A stretch of DNA of 64,000 nucleotides, taken from Lama glama. Its lineage: Eukaryota. Position numbers and translations under genes: made by a program. Under the pieces are notes generated by a model. The model saw only the letters and a list, made by a program, of their open reading frames with translations. It had not been told where the DNA came from and searched no databases. Within the stretch, counting starts at the first letter, position 1, and every line of letters starts with the position of its first letter. The stretch is from positions 28,274,001 to 28,338,000 of the forward strand of contig CM052817.1 of the NCBI GenBank assembly GCA_028534125.1, read 5' to 3'. Positions 51,908-63,521 of this stretch are shown piece after piece.

Positions 51908-52407
51908 NNNNNNNNNNNNNNNNNNNNNNNNNNNNNNNNNNNNNNNNNNNNNNNNNNNNNNNNNNNNNNNNNNNNNNNNNNNNNNNNNNNNNNNNNNNNN
52001 NNNNNNNNNNNNNNNNNNNNNNNNNNNNNNNNNNNNNNNNNNNNNNNNNNNNNNNNNNNNNNNNNNNNNNNNNNNNNNNNNNNNNNNNNNNNNNNNNNNN
52101 NNNNNNNNNNNNNNNNNNNNNNNNNNNNNNNNNNNNNNNNNNNNNNNNNNNNNNNNNNNNNNNNNNNNNNNNNNNNNNNNNNNNNNNNNNNNNNNNNNNN
52201 NNNNNNNNNNNNNNNNNNNNNNNNNNNNNNNNNNNNNNNNNNNNNNNNNNNNNNNNNNNNNNNNNNNNNNNNNNNNNNNNNNNNNNNNNNNNNNNNNNNN
52301 NNNNNNNNNNNNNNNNNNNNNNNNNNNNNNNNNNNNNNNNNNNNNNNNNNNNNNNNNNNNNNNNNNNNNNNNNNNNNNNNNNNNNNNNNNNNNNNNNNNN
52401 NNNNNNN
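51908..52407. other. Assembly gap (500 N)
   Basis: Run of exactly 500 N. Confidence 0.99.
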
Positions 52408-52652
52408 TCCCACAGGAAAGCATTCAGCCAGCAAAATCACTGACATAACTCTGTTCCTTTTTATCCTTTTCTCTTTTGATAGTTAAAGAAATTTTCTGGT
52501 CCACTGCACCACGCACATGCCCACACACAGACACGAAGAGACACATGCGCACACGCTCACAAGCACACGCGCTCACGTCTTGTGCTCTGTTTTAGTTAAT
52601 TCGTTTCTTTGCATCTGCCCTCTTTGATATCAAAGCAATTAACAGACACATT

Positions 52653-52846
52653 TCTATATGTAAAATAGATAAACAACAAGGACCTGCTGTATAGCGCAGG
52701 GAACAATATTCAATTTCTTTTAATAACATACACTGGAAAAGAATCTGAAGGGAAAATAAATATGTATGTATAACTGAATCACCTTGCTATACACCTGAAA
52801 CTAGCATTGTTAATCAACTATACTTCAATAAAATTTTTTTTTAAAA
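52653..52846 (+). mobile_element. Cetartiodactyl-type L1 extreme 3' end
   Basis: taaaatagataaacaacaaggacctgctgtatagcgcagggaac...taactgaatcacc...atcaactatacttcaataaaa. Confidence 0.88.
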
Positions 52847-54279
52847 GGTGATATATGGTACATGTGTGCGGGCTACCATAGTGTATCCCATGCGTGCTAC
52901 AGGGCATTGCCCTTGGTGACACAATACTGATTTTCTTTTTGTGTGTGGCAAATCCAAAGCAAGGTGAATGTCACATGCCATCTTAGGGAGGAAGTTAAAA
53001 TGATCAATGTTTTGTCTCGCCCCATAAAATCTCTATACAAGAAAGCAATGGGCCACTTTTATTTCAGATTTTATTAATCATTAACTGTATCTTACAGAGA
53101 AAAGGTGAAAGCAATGCTTCTTCCTAAACTATGTAAGTCATAAAATTAAGTAAAAATATGAACCACAAAACTCAGATTGCCTGACTTTTCTGTACCAACT
53201 GCTTTGTTACAATCATTGCCAAAGTGTGAGTTGGTGAAGACTTACTACATCTTCAGTTTAGACCGTCTGTTGGGGGCGCTATTTGAATGTTACATCATGT
53301 AAAAAAATTGTAACTTAAGCTATGCAAAAGGTTGTAATCCTATAAATTCTATATAAAGACAACATTCTGCTATGGAATTTGCCTAAATCCATTGATTCCT
53401 GCAGGCAATCTCCTAAGGATTTTACATTTTAAGTATATAAAAATCTATTTTCATTAACCAACACTAATGTAAGATTAAACAGATTTTATCCTGAGATTTC
53501 TTTGAGTTAAATCACTGTCATGGTTGTAATACTCCATTTCTAAATAGTCATTCTTAGGAAGTGAATAAGTGTTCAGTAGCACAGATGATCTAAAAGAAGG
53601 AATTAATTGAACATCAGGAGAATTAGTGCCTGTAATTTTAAAATATTGTTACAGTTGGACATTTCATAATTAAAAATCCTTTGGGACAAATGAATGCTCA
53701 AGTGGAACTCATACTCTATAGCAATGGCTTCAAGAATACATGCCAAACAGATGTGCTAGATAGTGCTGAAGTCTATTTATTTCCACTTATTTAAACAAAG
53801 ATAAAAGAGACGTTACCACCCCCCCAACAAATATAATTACTTATATTATTGCCAACAAGCCAAATTTTCCAGTTTCTTTCCATGATAAACAACACAGAGG
53901 AGCTAGGCACTGCGTGGTCCAACGCGTCCATGCTGTGCTTGGGTCTCACAGCACATTGACAGAGGCGCCAATGTGGTCCTACAGTTCTTCTCATTAGCCT
54001 CTACTTGAGGGTTGATCACAGATGGCCATTAGCACACAACCAGACTTAGTGAAAAACTCAGATCCACTTGCTGCCCTCTAAGAAATCTAGAGTAGAGCCT
54101 ATAAAGAGTGAATCCTCAGACAACAGGGTCTTAAATGGGTATACGTTTGGGGGATAGGAAATGAAAGTATTAGATAATTAAGTGTATTCCTTTGGCATTT
54201 TGGGTATGAGCTTGGGGAATGGTAATGGCAACATACATTTACTGCCCATGCAGCCAAGTAAAAGAAACAAGCAAACACT

Positions 54280-54430
54280 GAACTAGCAGTTAGAGCGCCG
54301 AAGTTCTGGCCCCAATCCCAATGCTTATCTTCTGATTGATTTTAAACAATACCCTGCCATTTTCTGGTATAAGTTTCTTTATCTGTAAAATGATATATTC
54401 AAGTTACATAGGTCTCTTCCAATCTGAATA
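54280..54430 (+). mobile_element. MIR fragment
   Basis: gaactagcagttagag...agttctggcccc...agtttctttatctgtaaaatga. Confidence 0.6.
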
Positions 54431-55164
54431 TACAAAGGGAATATAGAAGGCAGGCAGAAATAGTACCAGAATTCTAGTGACCAGCTACTGGAAATATTAT
54501 TTCCAATGGAAAATATTGTGATATTCCATTAGAAAATATTGTTAAGTTCAAATGGAAATTTATTGCTAAATAAAAACGTAAACTTTGGAAAAGGGTGAAG
54601 ACTGCCAGCTTTTGAGTGTTAATTAAGTACATGGTACTATACTAAATTCTTTACTTGCTTGTTTAATTCTGCCAACACCATATAATGAGGTTGTAGTTGT
54701 AATTTGTCCATTTTATATAAGTGAGTTAATTGATACAAATTCTCAAAATAATAACATAAATAATTAAGGAAAAACTCTCTGCAGATGTAGAAATTGTTAT
54801 GAAGAACATTGAAATGGGAAAAAAAACCCCAAAACTGGGGACCACTTTGTTCTGTAGATGATTACTTAGCCTGAAGAGTAAACTTGGAAGCTTTAAATCT
54901 TGCGTTCCATTCTTAGTTATTTTAAGAATTGACCAATCAATATATTTTCCTTTTAAATTTGTTTCTCAAATGCATTCAACAAAACAGATTTAATCCCTAG
55001 TTTTTGAGGGGCTTCGGGAAGGTTGGAATAGGATGCTTACAATGATCTTGGTTTCAGAAAGCTTACAGGAGAGCAGGACACATAAGCCCTGTCAAAACTA
55101 ATGAAAGTTTAAAGCTAATTGTTCCAGTATTGATAGGCTAATGCACTTCCTCTGTATGCTGGAA

Positions 55165-55586
55165 TTGGGCGCCCACATTCTTTGCCATGTAACTTTATGG
55201 TGCCTTTTACTGCGGGTGGGGCATACATTCCTGCTTCTTTGATTTGGGGATGAGTTGAAATAACTCACTTTGGTCAACGGAATGTGGATGGAGATAGTGT
55301 GCAGGCTTAAGAAGCATCCTGAACTTTCACATAAACTCCTGTGCTTCTGCCACTTGTGAATAGAAGAACATTTGGCAATAGCTGTTTCAGCCTGAGTCCC
55401 AGAATGAAGACAGATGGAGGAGACATGACCCCGAGAGGAAGCCTGGAGCCTAACCTGTTCCAAACATGCCTAGCCTAGATCAATGGCCCTGCAGCCACCT
55501 GCATGCCTGGAGGCATGAGAATATGTTTGTTGTAAGCCACGGAGATTTTGATATTGTTTGTCTTCCAGCAAAACATGATGAATACA
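55165..55586 (+). mobile_element. MaLR solo LTR (MLT1I/H-like)
   Basis: ctttgccatgtaacttt...cactttggtcaacggaatgtg...ttcagcctgagtcccagaatgaagaca...gttgtaagccacggagattttg...atgaataca. Confidence 0.8.
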
Positions 55587-55627
55587 GGTCTCAAACTATT
55601 TTTAGCAGGAGTCATTTTTCATTTTTT

Positions 55628-56004
55628 ATTTTCTTTTATTTACTTATTTTATTTTAAAAATTTGGAAAAATTTTAGTTGAAGTATAGTCAGTTTACAATG
55701 TGTCAATTTCTGGTGTACAGCACAACACTTCAGTACTATAGGAACATACATATATTTGTTTTCATATTCTTTTTAACCATAAGTACTACAAGATATTGTA
55801 TATAGTTCCCTGTGCTGTACAGTATAAACTTGTTGTTTACCGAATTTTGTGAGAATCTCTCTCTATTTTGAAATGAGAGACACTCTGCCAGAGTTCAGTA
55901 GGTGTTTTGTGCGGTTCAATGGGTTTGTAGATGTAATTCTTGGTATATCTGTGGGAGAGGGTGAGCTGTGAGTCTCTCTACTCCACCATCTTGACTTTCT
56001 TCTC
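55628..56004 (-). mobile_element. L1 head-to-tail fusion: 5' UTR start (56004-55841) joined to the terminal 3' UTR (55840-55677) plus A-rich tail
   Basis: Minus strand reads gagaagaaagtcaagatggtggagtagagagactcacagctcaccctctcccacag...acatctaca...aacacctactgaactctggcaga...cacaaaattcg|gtaaacaacaagtttatactgtacagcacagggaactat...gactatacttcaa; candidate TSD ttcatt(t/c)ttt. Confidence 0.8.
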
Positions 56005-56544
56005 TTCATTCTTTAAAATTTCAAATCTGGCAGAGCTGAGTCAGGAGAATTAATGCATCACTCCAATAAACTTCTTTGACTACATGTGTGCAAATTAAGG
56101 ATTGTGTGATATACTAGGCTAGATCCTCATTCATCAAATGTTTCAAATGTTAACTCTATTTAAAGCTTTTAAACAAATCTATTTTCTAATATTTAATTAC
56201 AGGAATGTAAAATTTCCAAAGAGAGAGTTAAACTTATCCAGTGGTGCTAGTTTCAAATTTTAATTTGAAGTAATATGTATACAAAGGGATTTTTTTTTAA
56301 GAATTTGTACTCAGTATGGTGCTAAAATTGAGTAACGCAATTTCCTGTATGAAAGCTTATAAAATCATAACAGAGCTATTAGATTGGAAGCAAATAGTCT
56401 CCCATTAACATTACAATTTTAGATGGCGTACATCTTACTAAATCAATGTGAAGAGGACTGCAGGAAGCTCTGGTGGCTTTCCTTCTGCTTCTGCAGTGCA
56501 GTTAGTACTGTATTGCCCTAAATAATGAGTGTTTTGTTTTGGAT

Positions 56545-56715
56545 CAGTGCCTTTCAGCTTAAAGGGTATATGAAATATAAGTCACCTGGAGATCTTATTC
56601 CAATGCAGATTCGGAGTCGGTAGCCCTAGGGTGGAGACTGAGGTTCTGCGTTCCTAACAAGTTTCCCGGTTATACCAGTGCATCAGGTCCATGAAACACA
56701 CACTGAGTATCAAGG
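56545..56715. mobile_element. MER5A/B MITE
   Basis: cagtgcctttcagctt...tcacctggagatctt...aatgcagattc...gggtggagactgaggttctgcgttcctaacaag...cacactgagta. Confidence 0.82.
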
Positions 56716-57001
56716 TCTTAGACTATTTCTTGGACAACAAAAGCCCCCGAAACATATATGGAAGACAGATGGCTAAAGTGGCTATGTGCATACTGCGCAT
56801 GGCACAGAATTAAAGAATAATCAGAAATTTGAGTATGCAGCCTTAATCACAGATACATTTTAACTAATATTAAGCATGACTACCATTACTTTGCTGAATA
56901 AATAAACTCGAAATTTTCAGTTAACATCATTCTCTGCTGTTATTTCAGGATGGCCAAAATATATTTACATAGATAAGTAAATAAATAAATCTCTCTAAAT
57001 A

Positions 57002-57042
57002 TGTGTGTGTGTATGTGTGTGTGTGTGTGTGCGTGTGTGTGT
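57002..57042. repeat. (TG)n microsatellite
   Basis: ~20 TG units with two interruptions. Confidence 0.95.
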
Positions 57043-57719
57043 AAAATTGTCTTAAACATTTAGAGCATGTTCTAAAGTGGCAATAATAATTTAGCTATGT
57101 GAATTCCTGAGCTTGCTTTTTTGCTTGTTTTACTAGTAAATAGGGAAAATGGAATAAAATCAAAATAAAATATTCCTATAGAAGAAGAATCCATTCATGA
57201 CTAGTTTTTTAAGCAGGAGTTACGATTTTAGTTGACGGGGGCTAAATATTTAAAGCCTTGCAAACCACGAGTAAATGAGCTTCATTTTATTCCAGGTGTA
57301 TTATTTCTGGAAACCACAGCAGTCTTTTCCACCTCTACCTAAGTTTCTAATACCCACCACTTGTAACTCTGCCAGGATTTAGCTTGCTCTTAATCCCCCA
57401 AAACTTCAGAGGATGCACACGTTCTTTATATTTTGAGTTCACACAGAAATATGCATCTCATTATGTTCTGCAAAAGCAAAAACAAACAAAAAATGAAGAT
57501 CTCTTTTCCGTGGGCTTTGATAACCCCTAAGAGGATATTTTATTCTTTATTTCCTTCTATGATCAAACTTCATGTAACTATGGCTCCATTAGTGTCTTGC
57601 TCTCTTTTCCTGCCATTCTTTGCTCTTGAGTTTGCTGCAATCTGGTTTCCGTACACAGACATCACTAAAGGTTCATAATTAGACACCCCCTTTTAATGTT
57701 TTATTGATCATTCAGTGAG

Positions 57720-58200
57720 ATTCCAAGCTTTCTTTGTCATGTTTGTTCTATTTTTGGTTATCACTGATCTCTTCCTTCTGGGGATTTATAGAGACACTTC
57801 AAGCCAGCTTGTTCCCTCTTTCAATGACAGACTCTTCTTTCTTCCTCCTCATCACTTTTTCAAGCTGTGACTAAGCCCTGTTAATTTTCTTTCCTATAAG
57901 AAAAGCAAATATGTCGCCTTTCTCACTCCCGGATCTCACTATTTCAGTCCAGTCCCTTCTCAGTCTTAACACATATCTCTGAAGGCTTCCCAACTTCAGT
58001 TTTGCCCCAGTAAACCATTCTACACACTGACACAAGGTACAATTCTCCAAAATACAAATATGAGCAGTGAGTCCTCTGTTTAAAACAATTTTAAGACTTT
58101 CCATTACCTACAGAATTAACATGCAAGCTTCCAAATAGCTCATGATACAATTCTGCTTATCTTTCTAAACTCATTTCTCATTTCTTCTCTTATACACTCT
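57720..58200 (+). mobile_element. L2 fragments
   Basis: ccattctacacactgacacaagg...ctccaaaatacaaatatga...ctctgtttaaaac...ctttccattacctacagaatta. Confidence 0.6.
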
Positions 58201-60640
58201 TCACAAACTATGGTAAATTATTTTCTTTTTTAGGTACATAAATTATTAAAATAATCTTTCCCATAGATAAGAATCATCCATTTAAAATATAATAAAAATT
58301 AACAAAAGGAACAAAATGATAAATGGAAAAGTGAATAAGCTTCACAAGAAATGGGTAAGATCTATATGAATGAAACTTTCCACTGCTAACAAGACGGAAA
58401 TGGAGTTTTGAATAAATTAGCTTTCAAAGGAAGATTCATTCATTTGTGTTAGAAATATGTTATTTCTATTTAATCTAAAATTTAGCAACTAAAATAGGGT
58501 AAATGCATTCTAAAGTTCATGTAGAAAAGTAAACTTCAAGAATGTCAAGGACATTCTAAAAGGTTGACTTGTGAAAGAAGGGAAAAGATAAAATATATAA
58601 AATAATAAAGCTACATAGTTAAGTAAACCAGTATACAGCAGGTGAGGAGCAGATATGCTCAGTGATTGTGTGGCCTTTAAAAACCTTTTTTTTCAGACTT
58701 CTATTAATAGGATTCTCCTGAAATAATCTGACGTTACGTCTTATGCTTCTGGAGATCTTAGTTGTGGTGACAATACAGGACTTTTTCATAGTCACAAGGC
58801 ATCTTGGGTTATGTAAGTCCTTCCTGGCTTCAGCTCCACTCAGCTGACACCAGGGATGACCCTCACTTACAATATCTGCAGCTAAGTTTCTGAATCAGCT
58901 CTGCAACCAAGTCAGAAGAGTGCATGTCCCACCCCCTCCACGGGTCAAGGTACAAATAAATGTGCTGCTCTGTATCACATCAGCTAGGGTTAGACACAGA
59001 GGCCACCCCATAGCCCTGGGCTGTTTTAAGGGTTCTTTTTTTGTATGACTGTGCTTCATACTTAGTTCTTGATAAGCATCCTATTGTCACTGGAGTGAAG
59101 TTACACCCCCTAGTTACTGCAACCTCCTATTTCGATGGGAGTCAAACCTTGAATTTCGCCCCCGCTTGCTTGTTATGCATTCCAAATGGGGCAGCTTGCA
59201 TAGAACCACTAGGCTTCACTTTCTCCAAAAGAGGGACTCGTCGATGCTAAGGTATTGCTTACTCCCACTAAAAACCTGGGCTCCTAATTTGTTGCCTGCT
59301 AAGATCCACTTCAAGCTTCCCAAACAAATTTGTTAAGGGATCAAGATTTCTTCCCTCACAGCCGTTATCCCAATGAGATGCTCTCACCTCGACTGTGTGG
59401 GGAAGTGAGACGAGCCTCTTGTTCCCCTGGTTGGCCTCACAAATGTATTAACTGTCTCTTTCCCTCTCATTACCCTTGCTGCTTTGGTAATTCCAATTCA
59501 TGCCTCAGGAAAATGAGAAATGACATGTGATGAGCTTCTGGGTAGCTCACAAATTGTTGAAATAGTGAATATTAAATTTCTGATCTACAAATAGACTCAT
59601 ACATAGAAGTAGGCGGGAAGATTTATGGATATCAGATAAGGCTCCCACATCTAGAAAAACATTCTTCACTATATGTCACAACTGAAATTATTCTACTTCT
59701 AGAGAGGTATTCATTTTTGTCCTGAAAATTTTTCAGTAGCCACACTTTAAGGTATTATTATGCAAATCCTATTTTGGAAATCAGCTGATAAGGATTGCAT
59801 TCAGTTACAATTGATCATGGTGTCCTTATGGATGTGGATACAATCGGATACAAACTGTGAAAGGGGCTTTGGCAGAATTCTAGCCACAACTATCAGTTTT
59901 TTGTCTACTTTCCAATATCATCCGAGGAGATGCTAGTTTGTAAGATAAGGACTAGCAGAGATAAATTAAGCAATACACATATTTCTTTAAAATTAATTGT
60001 TGTTGTTAAAATCAAGGTGGACAGTAATGTAGTATGTTATATGCAAGAAAATATATATGGGCTAAAGTGGTGAATATCAAATTTTTGGTTTTGGGTCCCT
60101 AAAGTTCCCCTGCTGAGACTGTTAGGATGAGATATTAAGGAGGATAGAAATCTGGGTTTTCAGTTCTTTGGAATTTAACTTGAAAAGCAATTCAATTTTA
60201 AAATTTGATAATCGGAGAGGGTTCAATCAAATTTGGTCAAGACTTTATACATTTTATTAACAGAGTATATTATATTTCACATTGAATCAAATTGCAAAAC
60301 TTCTGGTGAGCTGTATTAAAAAATGTGCCTGGACATAATTTGCTATGTGAAATATAATATGTAAGTTTTTAAAATCTTTTTGTATGTTGGAATTTTCCAA
60401 GACTTTCCCCAAAACAGCCTCTCTCTCTCTTATGTATTCTCACTGATGGCCCTTTGCTTTCAAAGCTCTGCTTGGTCCCATTAACATGATGCTGGACACC
60501 TTCCTCCTATTATTCCATACCTCACGGCCTCAAGAAGCTCTGCTCAGAATTTCTTAGCCCCAAGACCCTAACATTAGCCAAAAACTCATATTTTGATCAT
60601 TAGAGAAGAGACTTTGGATAGAACTAAATTGTTTGTCTTC

Positions 60641-60659
60641 TGTGTGTGTGTGTGTGTGT
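60641..60659. repeat. (TG)n microsatellite
   Basis: 9.5 TG units. Confidence 0.9.
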
Positions 60660-63269
60660 AAGAGAGAAAAATGGGAGAGAGAGCATGTTAGTGTGAGTTT
60701 TTGTCTCCCTATATGATCTCTGTGTGTTTTGCTCATGTTGGCTTAGATTCAAAGTAAAGAGAGAAAAAGAAACAACGGATTTATGAAATTAATTAATTAA
60801 TTAATATAGAGTTTCTGTGTAAAGGAGCATTTGGATTTACAATATAACAGATTACTTAGCTACAGGTTGAAAAGCTCTCAAAAGCTCTTGTCTTCTGTAA
60901 AAACTGCATCCTTTTAGGATATATTTTGTTATCTGGCAAAGGGAAATACTCCTAATTGCGCATATTAAGCTGTCTTCAATCTATACCATCTTAGTGTAAA
61001 TTATATCGTTAAATCTTAGTCAAAAGAAAAGACAGCTATGGGAAAACCAAACTTTATTGGCAGTGGAAAAGGAAAGAGAAAAAGTTAGAGAGAACAAAGA
61101 TAAGACAGGACAAAAAAGGCAAATAGAGAAGAGAAGAAGAGTGATCTTAAGGATAATACTTTCAAACGCTTGACCAGTGGAGAGCATCATGTTGTCCCAC
61201 CTCATGGGTCCACCAAGTTTTAGGTCAGTACATGACTGTACATAGTGACTCTGTCCTCTCCAAATGGAAAGTGAGCTCCCTGTGGGAGCTGATAAAATGC
61301 TTTATGATGAGTCTTGGTAAAAATTAATGTCTGATTGTTCTTGACCATGAAAATGTATAGTTCAGTTTCAGGGAATTTCTTGAACCAGAATGGTGTGCCT
61401 GTTTCTGAGTTTTGGTTGATTTCTCATATTCCTTAGAAGACAACAAAAAGTTGAAAATTGGATGGTTTCTCACTACACTTTATTCAATAAAATAAAAAAT
61501 TTTAATGGGTTGTTGAGGCCTCTTTAAGTTCTGAGCATGTTTTCACTTTCCTTGAGGATTTTGGGACTCATGTGGCCATATGTTTAAAAGCTATTGAGAA
61601 AAACAACTCTTTGATAATCAACATTGTCTTCTATTTAGGTTTTCATACAATTTGACATATGATTAGGATTGGACACTTTTAGGCTCTTTTAGTTCTTATA
61701 ATAATCACTTCATCATTGCTTTAAATCAGCTACAGATTTTTAGTCTAAAGAAAAAGTGTGGCCACTGAACACGTTTAAGAAAGAAATGTCAAACATATTT
61801 GAAAATTTATAATTGTAAAAACAGAATTGTTTAACTGGATTAAAACAAGAACAGAACTTCTTTTCACATGGCACCTAAGAATGAGATTTTTGATTTACAG
61901 TGTCATTTAAATTCAACTCATTGTTAAAACTGTATTGCATCCCCATCATGTTCCAAGATTCTGGTAGGTACTGAAGATTCACAACTGCACATGGGTGTCC
62001 CTTATATATCTTCTGTGCCTTTTAGAAAGTAAATAGAGCAACAGACTTATTTCTATGCACTCAGTTTGTCCACAATGCTTTGGAAAGAAGTTTCGCTTAT
62101 TTCTTCTTTAGGATTTCAGGCTGAAGGAGCAGCCTCAAAACCAGACATTTCTAGATTGATTTGTGAGAAGGACTTATGAGCTCTGGGATGTATCACAATG
62201 CCAATTTAGGTTTAGCCTAGAAGAGATATATCTGCTTCTTTAATTTACATTTTATTGGCTAAAACTAGTTTACATGTCCTGACTCAGATGGCATCCTCAT
62301 GTCGTTCTACTATATACTCAGAAGAATTAGAACCAAAAAAAAATGGACAAAGAGTATTAATGATAACTACAGATTCCATTCAAGTTACTAACTACATTAC
62401 AGTGAATTAAAGAAGTATCGTATGATGTGGCTGTCCCTTAGGGGCAACACCCATTTCTATAGAAATACCACACACTCATGTATTTACTAAATAAAAAAAA
62501 TTTTCAGTTAATATAACAAAAAAACTCCTCTATGTACATAGAGTTTCATCAGCTCCCTGAGATACAAATTTTGAAAGAAAATTTTTATGCTTTTATTTAT
62601 AAAGTTATTTTAAAATAAATCATCACCTGAAAACCAACATTTACAATTTCAGTCTCTCCCCTTAACTCCCAATACCAGTTATCCACCCCACCATAACATT
62701 TCTATTTTAATCAATAATTTTATTATTTTCTAAAAATTACATGACATTGTTTATGTTTTTTGATTATTTACTCTTCTGCGTGATCCCCACTGCAAATGCT
62801 GAATACTAATCAAAATGGAAAGAGTTGGTTGTGGTTATGTTTAAGCAGAAAATTGCTCCGGTCTGTGGGATGCCTTTAGAAGACATTTATGTGTACACCA
62901 TGCTGTGGTGTCTCAGGTGTAGCAGATGGTGCGCAATGGCTGACCATTGCCAAAATGGGATGGTTTGACTATTAGAGGGGCAGGAGTGTGGGGAGTCAGT
63001 ATCCATTAGCTTTTATTAAGTATCACCCAACAGGACATCCCCTCTATCAACTAATTCACTCCATTACTGAAATTAAAGGCACAATGTTTATAAGTGAGGA
63101 ACCCAACAATAAGTGGAAAAAAAAAAACACCTAAAAATGCAGTTGTTACTCTAAGATTGGCAGCCATCAAAGAAAGGAGAGGGGGGCAATGATGATTTAT
63201 TACTTCAAAAAAGAAAAAAAGAGAAAGAAACAAAACAGAAATACACAAAATTCTCTGACTTCCTCTTTT

Positions 63270-63520
63270 CATTCTTCACATCCAATCAACCATCAATTCC
63301 TGCTGATTCTCCCTTAATGTTTTCTTGTACTTTTGTCTTCTTTTTCATATTCCTAGTGTCATTTTCCTATTTCAAGTCTATGCTCCATTTCAACAGAACT
63401 ATTGCAATAAATTTGTGACTTCTCTCACTACCCCAGGAATATGTACTGTTAATTCAGCACCACCAGCGTTAGTACCTTCTTTCCTTATCTAACCATTGTC
63501 AGGATTCCTTATTTTCTAGG
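63270..63520 (+). mobile_element. L2 fragment
   Basis: cacatccaatcaaccatcaattcctgctgattct...aactattgcaata. Confidence 0.6.
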
Positions 63521-63521
63521 C

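Noticed and set aside
53265..53281. CTCF-like tctgttgggggcgcta (also gtagcagatggtgc at ~62919)
   Set aside because: About three mismatches to the core consensus in each; unsupported without ChIP data.
55462..55481. p53-like aaacatgcct agcctagatc in the MLT1 LTR
   Set aside because: The second half-site has two mismatches, and the site lies in a decayed LTR.
62933..62950. Hairpin gcaatgg-ctga-ccattgc
   Set aside because: A 7-bp stem is expected by chance in 64 kb.
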